Below are positions 56,383-64,000 of a stretch of DNA of 64,000 nt, in pieces. Each line of letters opens with the position of its first letter. The stretch's first letter is position 1. The DNA lies in assembly GCA_050183815.1 (NCBI GenBank), contig JBFXAY010000004.1:67051-131050 (forward strand), given 5' to 3'. The notes beneath the pieces were generated by a model. That model searched no databases and had not been told where the DNA came from. It saw only the letters and a program-made list of their open reading frames with translations. A program made the translations under genes and the position numbers. Source of the stretch: Gemmatimonadales bacterium. Its GTDB lineage: Bacteria > Gemmatimonadota > Gemmatimonadetes > Gemmatimonadales > GWC2-71-9.

Positions 56383-57144
56383 TCAGGGCCGAGAGGCCCG
56401 GTCGATCTGATTCTGGATGAACTGCTTGGCGTTGTCCGGCGCGAGGTCGAGCGCCTTCTTGAGGGTCGCGAGCCCTTTGTCCTTGTCGCCGGCGCGCACC
56501 TGGATCCCGCCCAGGGATGCGAGCGTCCGGAAATCCTCTCCGTTCGCGGAGAGTTCGAGCTCAACCATCTTGACCGCCTCGGCGTTCTTGCCCGCCTGGC
56601 TCAGGCGCTCGCCGAGATTGGTCAGCACGCCGCGGCTGAAGTCATAGGCGGCGCTGCCGTAATACCGCCCCCGCAGCTGCTGATACTGATTGACGGCCGC
56701 ATCGGCGCCCTCGGCCTCGATCGTTTCCGCCAGGACGGCGTCGAGCGTCATCGGCTTGGCAATGCCCCGATGGCAGGTCGTGCAGGTCACCGATACCCGC
56801 CGGTCGGCCGCGACACCGAGGTCGGCGAGTCCCGCCAGGTGGGTCCCGTTGATCGCCTGCACCATCTTGATCATCAGCCGGGCCTTCTCCTTGGCCGGCT
56901 TCTCGTCCGACACGAAATCGAACTGGGAGAGATCGCCGCCCTGCCCCTTGTGGCAGTACTCGCAGCGGACCCCCAGCGCGCCGGTGAAGCCCCGCATGAT
57001 TTGACTGAGGCGCTGGCCGCCGGTTTCCGGCGGCAGTGCCTTCAGGTTTTGCGCCTTGTCGGGCCACCGGAACCCACCCTGGGCCATCAGGACACCGGGA
57101 GCAGCCGTAACCAGCGCGAGGGGCAGCAACAATTGTTTGAACAT
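56383..57144 (-). CDS. Secreted c-type cytochrome (reaction-centre cytochrome-c-like fold) with C-terminal TPR
   Basis: Signal peptide. Two CxxCH motifs (CEYCH, CTTCH). TPR-like tail (AGKNAEAVKMVELEL..., DKDKGLATLKKALDLAPDN). Confidence 0.75.
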   Translation of the reverse strand: MFKQLLLPLALVTAAPGVLMAQGGFRWPDKAQNLKALPPETGGQRLSQIMRGFTGALGVRCEYCHKGQGGDLSQFDFVSDEKPAKEKARLMIKMVQAINGTHLAGLADLGVAADRRVSVTCTTCHRGIAKPMTLDAVLAETIEAEGADAAVNQYQQLRGRYYGSAAYDFSRGVLTNLGERLSQAGKNAEAVKMVELELSANGEDFRTLASLGGIQVRAGDKDKGLATLKKALDLAPDNAKQFIQNQIDRASRP

Positions 57145-57228
57145 CGAATGACTCCGGGTGGGGCGACGGGGGACTGGGGAACGCCGGCATGCCGAATAAG
57201 GAATCCTACGAACTGCTCGCCCTCAACG

Positions 57229-59766
57229 TTACGGCGGCGGGGCCGTTCCCGCGAGTCGGTCGAGCGCGGCCTGATCGCCCTGCCCGCGATAGATCTCGCC
57301 CAGGTCGCCCCGAATGGCGGTGACCCAGGACGAGGCCGGGCCCGCCTGCGCCAGCGCGATGGCCAGGGCCCGTTCCGATTCCACCCGGGCCTCGGTGTAA
57401 CGCCGCTGCCGCAGCAAGGCGCGCCCGATCTTCAAGCGGGCGATTCCGACGTTGAGATGGTCGGCCGGCAGGGTGGCTTCGAAGGTCGCCACCGCCCGGC
57501 GCGCCTGGCGTTCGGCCTCGGCCGGCTGCCCTTTGGCGAGATAGACGCTGGCCAGTCCCGATTCCGCCGTCCCGGCGTACTGATGGGGGCCGGGATAGGC
57601 CCGGCCGTAGACCTCGATAGCGGCCGTGAACAACGACTCGGCGGCGGCGAGCCGTTGCCGGCCGAAGGCGATGTTGGCGAGTTCGCTCAACATCAACCCC
57701 ACGCGGGGATGATCGGGCCCGAGAATCCGGCGGCGAATGGCCAGCGCCCGCCGGATCAGCGAGTCCGCTTCGTCGGACCGGCGCTGCAGCAGCGCCACCC
57801 GGCCCAGCATCGACACCGTCCCCGCCGTGCGCAGGTGATCCGGGCCGTACCAGCGTTCCATCACGTCGGAGCCCCGGCGGTAGAGCGACTCCGCCGCGGC
57901 CAGGTTGCCCCGGTCCTGTTCGATCGCGCCGAGGTTGATGATCACGTCCGCAACCCGCGGATGGCCGTCGCCATAGGTGCGGTTCCAGATCGCGAGGACT
58001 CGTCGATTGAGCGTCTCGGCGCTGTCGAGTTCGCCGGCGTAGTAGAAGTTGTTGGCCAGCGAGTACCACCGGGGCGCCAGTTCGGCCGTCGTATCAGCAC
58101 CCGGGCCGCCGATCGCGATGGCTCGCTGCAGCGCGGCGATCGCCTCGGGGTACCGGCCCGCCAGCTCGAGCACCTCCGCCAGTGCTTCATAGCCTTCCGC
58201 CACTCGGGGCGACGCGGGACCGGCGGTGCGGGTCAGCATCGCGATGCCTTCCCGGACGAGAGAGTCCGCTTCCGGGAACCGTGCCTGCTCCGCCCGAAGC
58301 AGGCCCAGCGCCGTGAGCCCGCCGGCCAGGGCGCGATCATCGTCGGCCGGATCCGCCCGGCGGCGCGCGAGCGAGAGTTGCAGCAACGAGTCCGCCCGGT
58401 CGAGACGGCCGAGCTGGCGCGACACGGTTCCAAGGGTCTCGTAGAGATCCGCCTGGAGTGCCGGCTCACTGCCCAGGGTGGCGGCCTCCTCCACCCCGCG
58501 GTCGACCAGCGTCACGACGCGGAGGCTGTCGGTGGGACCGGCGGACTCGTCACCGCCCTGGAAGAGGTCGACCAGCATGCGCTGAAGCCGGGTGGCGCGG
58601 CTCGCCTCCGCCACCGCGGCGGTGCGGGCCCGCGCCAGTCCGATCGTGTAGCTCGCCGCCGCGGCACCGGCCGCGACCAGGCCCACGGCGGCGATCGCGA
58701 TCCGCCGGGACCGCCGGCGCCAGAGCTTGCGAAGGCGGTCGGCCACGCCGACCGAGCGCTCGAGCGGCAGCTCGCGAAGCAGGCGGTCGAGATCGCGCTC
58801 GAGCGCTTCGACGGACGGGTACCGGGCGGCCGGATCGGCGGCCAGGGCCGTCCGGCAGATCGACTCGAGGTCGCGCTGGTCGAGCGACCCGTCCCCCGGC
58901 GCCGGTGGCCACGGCGGCGTGCCGGCGTTGGCGGGTCGGCGGCCGGTCACCAGTTCGTGGAGCAGTACGCCGAGGGAATAGACATCGCTCGAGACACTGG
59001 CCGGTTCGCCTCGGAGCTGCTCGGGTGCGGAGTACGCCGGGGTGAGGGCCCGGGCGCCGTCCGCGCCGGGGTCCGCGTCGGCTTCCGCAACGCCGAAATC
59101 GATGAGTTTGACCGCGCCGGCGGAGGTCACCAGCACGTTCGAGGGCTTGAGGTCGCGGTGGATGACCAGCTGCCGGTGAGCGTAGCCGACGGCATCGCAC
59201 ACGAGGCGGAAGAGGCGGACGCGTTCGCGCAGCGACGCGCCGGTCTCGGCGCAGTGGGCCGGCAACGGCTTTCCGTCCACCAGTTCCAGGGCGAACCACG
59301 GAGCGCCGTCCGGGTCGGTGCCGGCGTCGAACAATTGGGCGATCCCCGGATGCCGGAGCCGGGCAAGCACTCGCCGCTCCTGGAGAAACCGGCGGGTGGC
59401 GTCTGCCGAGAGGGGATCGCGCAGCACCTTGAGCGCGACCTGGGCCCCGACGTCCTCGCGATGCGCCAGGTAGACGACGCCCATGCCGCCCGCCCCGAGG
59501 ACGCCGGTGATCCGGTAGGGCCCGAGCTGGCTGCCGATGCGGTCCGCCGGTTCGCCCAGCAGGGCGCCTGCCGCGGCCGCCACGCCGCCGGTCGTCGGGC
59601 CGGTGGCGGCGTCCTCGTCGGCGGCGAGGAGCCGTTCCACGGCGGCCACCAGCTCGCTATCGCCGGCCGCTCGCTCGATCAGGAAGGCGCGGCGGCGTCC
59701 AGGCGGGAGTTCGAGCGCGGCATGAAAGAGCGTCTCGATCGCGGCGGCACGGTCCGGCCGCGTCAT
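57229..59766 (-). CDS. Ser/Thr protein kinase with TM helix and extracytoplasmic TPR array
   Basis: ALKVL, HRDLKPSNVLV, DFGVAE, YSAPEQ. TM IAIAAVGLVAAGAAAASYTIGL. About 450 aa of TPR_12-type repeats. N-terminal leader AAIETLFHAALELPPGRRRAFL...LVAAVERLLAADE. Confidence 0.9.
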   Translation of the reverse strand: MTRPDRAAAIETLFHAALELPPGRRRAFLIERAAGDSELVAAVERLLAADEDAATGPTTGGVAAAAGALLGEPADRIGSQLGPYRITGVLGAGGMGVVYLAHREDVGAQVALKVLRDPLSADATRRFLQERRVLARLRHPGIAQLFDAGTDPDGAPWFALELVDGKPLPAHCAETGASLRERVRLFRLVCDAVGYAHRQLVIHRDLKPSNVLVTSAGAVKLIDFGVAEADADPGADGARALTPAYSAPEQLRGEPASVSSDVYSLGVLLHELVTGRRPANAGTPPWPPAPGDGSLDQRDLESICRTALAADPAARYPSVEALERDLDRLLRELPLERSVGVADRLRKLWRRRSRRIAIAAVGLVAAGAAAASYTIGLARARTAAVAEASRATRLQRMLVDLFQGGDESAGPTDSLRVVTLVDRGVEEAATLGSEPALQADLYETLGTVSRQLGRLDRADSLLQLSLARRRADPADDDRALAGGLTALGLLRAEQARFPEADSLVREGIAMLTRTAGPASPRVAEGYEALAEVLELAGRYPEAIAALQRAIAIGGPGADTTAELAPRWYSLANNFYYAGELDSAETLNRRVLAIWNRTYGDGHPRVADVIINLGAIEQDRGNLAAAESLYRRGSDVMERWYGPDHLRTAGTVSMLGRVALLQRRSDEADSLIRRALAIRRRILGPDHPRVGLMLSELANIAFGRQRLAAAESLFTAAIEVYGRAYPGPHQYAGTAESGLASVYLAKGQPAEAERQARRAVATFEATLPADHLNVGIARLKIGRALLRQRRYTEARVESERALAIALAQAGPASSWVTAIRGDLGEIYRGQGDQAALDRLAGTAPPP

Positions 59767-59767
59767 G

Positions 59768-60331
59768 TCAGCAACTCGCCTTCAGTTCGGCGCCGAGCCA
59801 CGCCTTGGCGAACCGGCAGTCCCGCTCGACGGTGGCCCGGGAAATCTCCAGCAGTTCCGCGGTTTCGGCCACGTCGAGGCCGCCGAAGTATCGGACCTCG
59901 ACCGCCCGGGCCTGCCGGGGATACAGCTCGGAAAATCGGCCCAGCGCGGAATCGAGGGCCAGCACGTAGGCGTCCGGTTCGAGCCCTCCGGCCAGGTCGT
60001 CGCGAATCGTCACCACCAGATCGGCACCGCCGCCCCGCTTCGCGGCACCGCGGCGCCGGGCGGCTTCCACCAGCAACTGGCGCATGGCGCGCACCACGAT
60101 CCGCTTGAAGTGGCGTCCGTTCTCCACCGTGAACGAGGGCGACCGGGCGAGCTTGAGCCAGGCGTCGTTCACCAGCGAGGTCGTCGTCAGCGTTTCGGAG
60201 CGTTCACCGGCGCGCACGGCGTGCGCGAGCCGCTTGAGCTCCGCGTAGGCGGCGGAGTAAAGCTGGTCGAGGGTCTCGCGGTCCAGGGTGGTTCCCCCGT
60301 CGAAGGGGGATGAGGGATTTCCGGAATCCAT
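59768..60331 (-). CDS. ECF sigma factor of the Ser/Thr-kinase-associated type (TIGR02999-like)
   Basis: LDQLYSAAYAELKRLAHAVRAGE..ETLTTTSLVNDAWLKL, plus region 4 RQARAVEVRYFGGLDVAETAELLEISRATVERDCRFAKAWL. The stop lies 1 nt from the kinase ATG. No anti-sigma gene is adjacent. Confidence 0.85.
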   Translation of the reverse strand: MDSGNPSSPFDGGTTLDRETLDQLYSAAYAELKRLAHAVRAGERSETLTTTSLVNDAWLKLARSPSFTVENGRHFKRIVVRAMRQLLVEAARRRGAAKRGGGADLVVTIRDDLAGGLEPDAYVLALDSALGRFSELYPRQARAVEVRYFGGLDVAETAELLEISRATVERDCRFAKAWLGAELKASC

Positions 60332-60400
60332 GCGCAACAGTGGGAATGGCGGGAGGTCCGGCCGATCGTCGGCTGGGTCGATGCTAGCACCTGGCCGGGA

Positions 60401-62581
60401 ATGAGGCAACCAATGACTCAGGTTCGGAACGACGGGCGGGGCAACCGGCGCACCGTGAGGCAGGTCGATGGCCGGTTTCCGGCCTATGGGTCGGCACTAG
60501 CCGTCGCTACGAGCATCCTGGCGATGGCGTGTGGCGGCGGGCCCGGCGAGCCGACGGTGCCACCACCACCACCGCCGCCACCGCCGCCACCCGCGATCAT
60601 CTCGGTCACGCTGTCGCCGCCGACGCTGACACTCGACATCGGGGCCACCGGCCAACTGGCCGTCGTCGTGGCAACGAGCGCGGGTCCCGTTGCCAACCCC
60701 ACGGTGACGTGGCGCTCCACGGCTCCGGCGGTGGCGACGGTTGCCGCAGCCGGTGCGAACGCGACCGTCACCGGTGTTACGGCGGGCGCCGCCCGGATCG
60801 TGGCCACGTCGGGTACCCTTGCCGATACGACCGACGTGACCGTCAACGCCGGCGGCCCCCCCGCATTTCCGACCTTCGACTGGCGCGTCATTGGCGCGAC
60901 CTCGACGGTCGGTGCCAGGGGCAGCGATCGCTGGGTAGCGATGACCACCGCGAAAGCCTACGGCAGCACCGACGGGGCCGCCTGGCGCCCGCCCCTGACC
61001 CTCGGCGCCTGGGGCCCGAGCGACGCGCTCTGGAACGGAACCCGCTTCGTGGCCATCGGGGCGGGCGGCGTTCGGGCCAGCGACGACGGCAATGCCTGGA
61101 CGGCAGCCATCGGTATCGGCCAGGCGCCAGGAACCGCCACCGGCAAGTTCTCCGTCGCCTGGACCGGCGCCATCCACGTCGCGAGCGACGCCGGCCGCCT
61201 CTATACCAGCTCGGACGGCCTGACCTGGCAGCTGCTCACCACGGCCCCGGCCGGCGCGGTGACCGACCTGATCTGGACCGGGACCCTCCTCGCCGGGAAT
61301 ACCGGCGGCGTGATCACCACCGGCGTCGTCGTCAGCGCGGACACCGGCAGGACCTGGGCCGCGAGCCCCGGCCTCTCGGGCGACCTGCAATCGGCCGGTC
61401 TCTACTGGGACGGCACCCGGTTCCTCAAATGGCGGGGCCGGAATCTCGGGACCAGTCCCAACGGCCTGGCCTGGACCGAGACGCCGACCACCATCAACTG
61501 GCCAGTGTCCGGACCGGCCGGGGTGTCGGCGCCGATCGAGGACCTCACGTTCAACGGCACGAAGTACTATGCCCTGGCGCACCGCACCCTGAGTGGCGTG
61601 GTGATCGACGGCGGCGCGATTCTCGAGAGCGCCGACGGGTTCACCTGGACCGAACTCGACACGAGCATCCACGGCTCCCTGAAAACCTTCGCGTCCGGAC
61701 CGGGCGGATCGCTGATGGCCTTCGGCGGCGCAACGCTGCAGACGGCCGACGGGAGTTCCTGGGCGATGCGGATGGTGGACTTCCGCGGGGGGCAGTGGCC
61801 GGTGACCTGGTCGATCGACCGATGGCTCGCGCTCGAGCCCCGGGCGCTGCTCGTGAGTCTCGACGGCGTCACGTGGCGGCGCTACGCGTTCGACCTCACC
61901 TCGACGCCCTGGGCGGCCACCTGGACCGGGAGCGTCTACGTCGTCGGCGGCGATCAGGGCCGGGTCATCACCAGTCCCGACGGCCTCCTCTGGACCGCGC
62001 GGAGCGTCGGCATGAGCGACAACGTGCGGGATCTGATCTGGGCGGGCGGACGACTCGTGGCGTTGGGCCAGCAGGGCTCGGTCACCAGCAGCACCGACGG
62101 CAGCACCTGGTCGCCGCGCGCGGTGGCAACGCGCCAGTTCTCCGACCTCGAGTGGACCGGCACCCGCTATGTGATCGCCGCGGGCGACCTGACCTACGTG
62201 AGTGCCGACGCGCTCACCTGGCAGGCCTCGGCCGCGACCCCGTCGCCGGTGTCCCGGATCGTCTGGAACGGAAGCGAACTGCGCGGCTTCAATCACTTCC
62301 GCGTGTCGCGCTCGACCGACGGATTGAGCTGGACGCTGGAGGGGGACATCGACGCGATCGGCAACCAGCTCAAGCTGGAATCGGCGGCCTGGCTTGGCGA
62401 CGTCTACGTCAGCTGCCAGACGCTCTCCTCCAACCTGCTCTACAGCGCCGATCTCCGGCACTGGTTCCCGGCCCCGACACCCGAGCCGCTCACCGCACCC
62501 TGCAACGCGCTCGGCTGGAACGGAACCGATCTGCTGACGGAAATCGGGTTCGGGCTGAGCCGGGGAATCCGGACGAACTAG
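60401..62581 (+). CDS. Lipoprotein: poly-Pro stalk + Big_2 domain + ~13-blade Asp-box (BNR/Ycf48-like) beta-propeller region
   Basis: Lipobox ILAMACGG. 11 consecutive Pro (60560-60592). Big_2 (ISVTLSPPTLTLDIGATGQL...). 13 S-x-D-G-x-x-W boxes (STDGAAW, SDDGNAW, SSDGLTW, SADTGRTW, SPNGLAW, SADGFTW, TADGSSW, SLDGVTW, SPDGLLW, STDGSTW, SADALTW, STDGLSW, SADLRHW) alternating with W-x-G motifs. Confidence 0.75.
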   Translation: MRQPMTQVRNDGRGNRRTVRQVDGRFPAYGSALAVATSILAMACGGGPGEPTVPPPPPPPPPPPAIISVTLSPPTLTLDIGATGQLAVVVATSAGPVANPTVTWRSTAPAVATVAAAGANATVTGVTAGAARIVATSGTLADTTDVTVNAGGPPAFPTFDWRVIGATSTVGARGSDRWVAMTTAKAYGSTDGAAWRPPLTLGAWGPSDALWNGTRFVAIGAGGVRASDDGNAWTAAIGIGQAPGTATGKFSVAWTGAIHVASDAGRLYTSSDGLTWQLLTTAPAGAVTDLIWTGTLLAGNTGGVITTGVVVSADTGRTWAASPGLSGDLQSAGLYWDGTRFLKWRGRNLGTSPNGLAWTETPTTINWPVSGPAGVSAPIEDLTFNGTKYYALAHRTLSGVVIDGGAILESADGFTWTELDTSIHGSLKTFASGPGGSLMAFGGATLQTADGSSWAMRMVDFRGGQWPVTWSIDRWLALEPRALLVSLDGVTWRRYAFDLTSTPWAATWTGSVYVVGGDQGRVITSPDGLLWTARSVGMSDNVRDLIWAGGRLVALGQQGSVTSSTDGSTWSPRAVATRQFSDLEWTGTRYVIAAGDLTYVSADALTWQASAATPSPVSRIVWNGSELRGFNHFRVSRSTDGLSWTLEGDIDAIGNQLKLESAAWLGDVYVSCQTLSSNLLYSADLRHWFPAPTPEPLTAPCNALGWNGTDLLTEIGFGLSRGIRTN
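60878..62578 (+). repeat. ~13 tandem Asp-box blade repeats (~45 aa each) within the propeller ORF
   Basis: There is a regular spacing of S-x-D-G-x-x-W and [LV]-x-W-[TDN]-G-[TS] motifs through aa ~160-725. Confidence 0.65.
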
Positions 62582-64000
62582 CCGGCGGCCTCGATGCCGG
62601 TCATCAGCCGCACGATCCGCGCTTCGTCCGCCGCCGCCCGGGCGATCTCGCCGACGATCCGCCCGGCCCGGAGGACCATGATCCGATCGGCCAGGCTCAG
62701 CAGCTCGGGCAATTCACTCGAGATCAGCACCACCGCCACGCCGTCGGCGGCGAGGCGGTCGATCCAGCCGTGCAGTTCAGCCTTGGCGGCAACGTCGACA
62801 CCGCGGGTCGGTTCGTCCAGCAGGAGGATCCGGCTCCCGGCCGCGAGCCACTTGGCCATCACGACCTTCTGCTGATTGCCGCCGGACAACTCCGCAACCG
62901 GGGCCTCCTCGGCGCCGGCCCGCACCCCCAGTCGGTCCAGCAGGCCGTCCGCCGCGGCGCGCTCCGCCCGGCGCCGGACCACGCCCCAGCGCGAGACCGC
63001 GCCGAGGGTGGCGAGCGTCGCGTTGGCCCGCACGGTCATCGAGAGCACGAGTCCCTGCCGTTTTCGGTCCTCCGGCACGAAACCGATGCCCAGGGCCATG
63101 GCGTCCCGGGGTGACCGGATCGCGACGTCGCGGCTCCGGACCCGGATCGTTCCGGTCGCCGCCCGGTCGAGGCCGAACAACGCGTGCGCCACCTCGGACC
63201 GGCCGGCACCAACCAGGCCGGCGAGGCCGACGATCTCGCCGGCCCGCACCGAGAACGAAATGTCCTCGAACCGTCCGGGCGAGGAGAGCCCGGTCACCCG
63301 AAGCGCCTCGTCTCGAATCGCGTGCGGCGAGCGGGTCGACGCGAATGGATCGAGCCGTCGGCCAATCATCCGTTCCACGACCGCGGCTTCGTCGAGGCGG
63401 CCCGCTTCCTCGGTGGCGACGTGGCGGCCGTCCCGCAGCACCGTGATCCGGTCGGCGAGCGCGAAGATCTCTGCCATCCGGTGCGACACGTAGAGCTGGG
63501 TGACCCCGCGAGCCTTGAGCCGCCCGATCAGCGCGAAGAGCGCCGCCGTTTCGGATTCGCCGAGGCTCGAGGTCGGCTCGTCGTAGACGATGACCCGGGC
63601 CCCGCTGCCGACCGCACTCGCGATCTGGATCAGCTGCCGCTCGGCGATGCTGAGCGAGCTCATTTCGCGGTCCGGGTCGAGATCGGCGCCGATTTCCGCG
63701 AGGAGCGCGCCGGCCTGGGCTCGGGTCGCCGCGCGATCCACCAGCAACCCGCGGCGAGGGAGATGGCCGAGACAGAGGTTCTCGCCGACCGTCAGGTTAT
63801 CACACAGCGCGAGTTCCTGGTGGACCATCGCGACGCCCGCCGCGAGCGCCGCGGCCGGGTTGGGCAATCGAACGGAGCGGCCGTCGAGAACGATGCTGCC
63901 TTCGTCCGGCGTGGCGATCCCGGCGAGAAGCCGGCCGAGGGTACTCTTGCCGGCGCCGTTTTCGCCGCAGATCGCGTGGACTTCGGCGGCCGGAACCTCG
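62578..64000 (-). CDS. Sugar ABC transporter ATP-binding protein, two ABC domains (5' end outside window)
   Basis: The reverse frame is open to the window edge. First Walker A GENGAGKST (~63940). LSIAERQLIQIA signature. Second Walker A GLVGAGRSE, signature LSGGNQQKV, Walker B ILLLDEPTRGVD. RbsA/MglA/XylG-like. Confidence 0.9.
   Translation of the reverse strand, partial: EVPAAEVHAICGENGAGKSTLGRLLAGIATPDEGSIVLDGRSVRLPNPAAALAAGVAMVHQELALCDNLTVGENLCLGHLPRRGLLVDRAATRAQAGALLAEIGADLDPDREMSSLSIAERQLIQIASAVGSGARVIVYDEPTSSLGESETAALFALIGRLKARGVTQLYVSHRMAEIFALADRITVLRDGRHVATEEAGRLDEAAVVERMIGRRLDPFASTRSPHAIRDEALRVTGLSSPGRFEDISFSVRAGEIVGLAGLVGAGRSEVAHALFGLDRAATGTIRVRSRDVAIRSPRDAMALGIGFVPEDRKRQGLVLSMTVRANATLATLGAVSRWGVVRRRAERAAADGLLDRLGVRAGAEEAPVAELSGGNQQKVVMAKWLAAGSRILLLDEPTRGVDVAAKAELHGWIDRLAADGVAVVLISSELPELLSLADRIMVLRAGRIVGEIARAAADEARIVRLMTGIEAAG

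Noticed and set aside
56343-56564. ATG-initiated long form (266 aa) of the ECF sigma
   Set aside because: It would overlap the upstream cytochrome gene by about 180 nt, and the extra residues are S/R/P-rich. Sigma region 2 starts far downstream, so the GTG starts at 56342 or 56279 are more plausible.
56350-60108. 1252-aa ORF on the plus strand
   Set aside because: It lies antisense to four well-supported minus-strand genes (cytochrome, TPR kinase, ECF sigma). Its translation is Arg/Gly/Pro-rich low complexity with no recognisable motif. This is a typical GC-rich shadow ORF.
60560-60592. Nucleotide repeat (CCA/CCG)n, and the P/T-rich region at 1530-1800
   Set aside because: These encode poly-Pro or P/T linkers inside well-supported ORFs. 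They are not CRISPR, microsatellite-type contingency loci or mobile-element repeats.

Overview
The window is 64 kb of very GC-rich chromosomal DNA; third codon positions are almost all G/C, so long 'shadow' ORFs appear on every strand. It comes from a diderm bacterium, shown by a TonB-dependent receptor, outer-membrane beta-barrels, many lipoboxes and Tat signals. The gene style resembles Gemmatimonadota or Acidobacteriota, which is my inference only. I support about 55 protein-coding genes, packed tightly with many 1-4 nt start/stop overlaps. I found no rRNA, tRNA, CRISPR array, transposase or integrase. Content by region:
- 0-8.7 kb: signalling and envelope genes, namely two Sel1 proteins, a Ser/Thr kinase, a TonB-dependent receptor, a hybrid PAS histidine kinase and a nucleoside-type MFS transporter.
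- 8.8-17.9 kb: a cluster of Tat-exported Gfo/Idh/MocA oxidoreductases, a xylose-isomerase-like TIM barrel, ApbE and a DUF1080 protein.
- 18.9-20.9 kb: the ada-alkA alkylation-repair operon.
- 20.9-24.6 kb: an overlapping operon containing a lipoprotein/acidic-protein pair.
- 25.6-29 kb: the fadA-fadB beta-oxidation pair, preceded by a perfect 34-bp palindrome.
- 30.3-34.7 kb: a three-gene cell-surface operon (lipoprotein, beta-barrel, Big_2 x5 plus L-type lectin).
- 34.8-36 kb: a TetR/DHFR-family divergent pair.
- 39.9-44.3 kb: a 1276-aa SARP + P-loop + TM + TPR regulator, divergent from two very small ORFs. One of these is an untracked 42-aa Cys-rich lipoprotein.
- 45-53.7 kb: housekeeping genes (hrpB, a THUMP methyltransferase, a desaturase, tag, an M28 peptidase).
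- 53.7-60.3 kb: two tandem ECF sigma modules. One is a classical sigma/anti-sigma/DUF4097 set and the other is kinase-linked.
- 60.4-64 kb: an Asp-box beta-propeller lipoprotein, then a partial sugar ABC ATPase.
The best candidate for something new is the 39.9-44.3 kb locus. Every family assignment is motif recognition by eye; no database search was possible.
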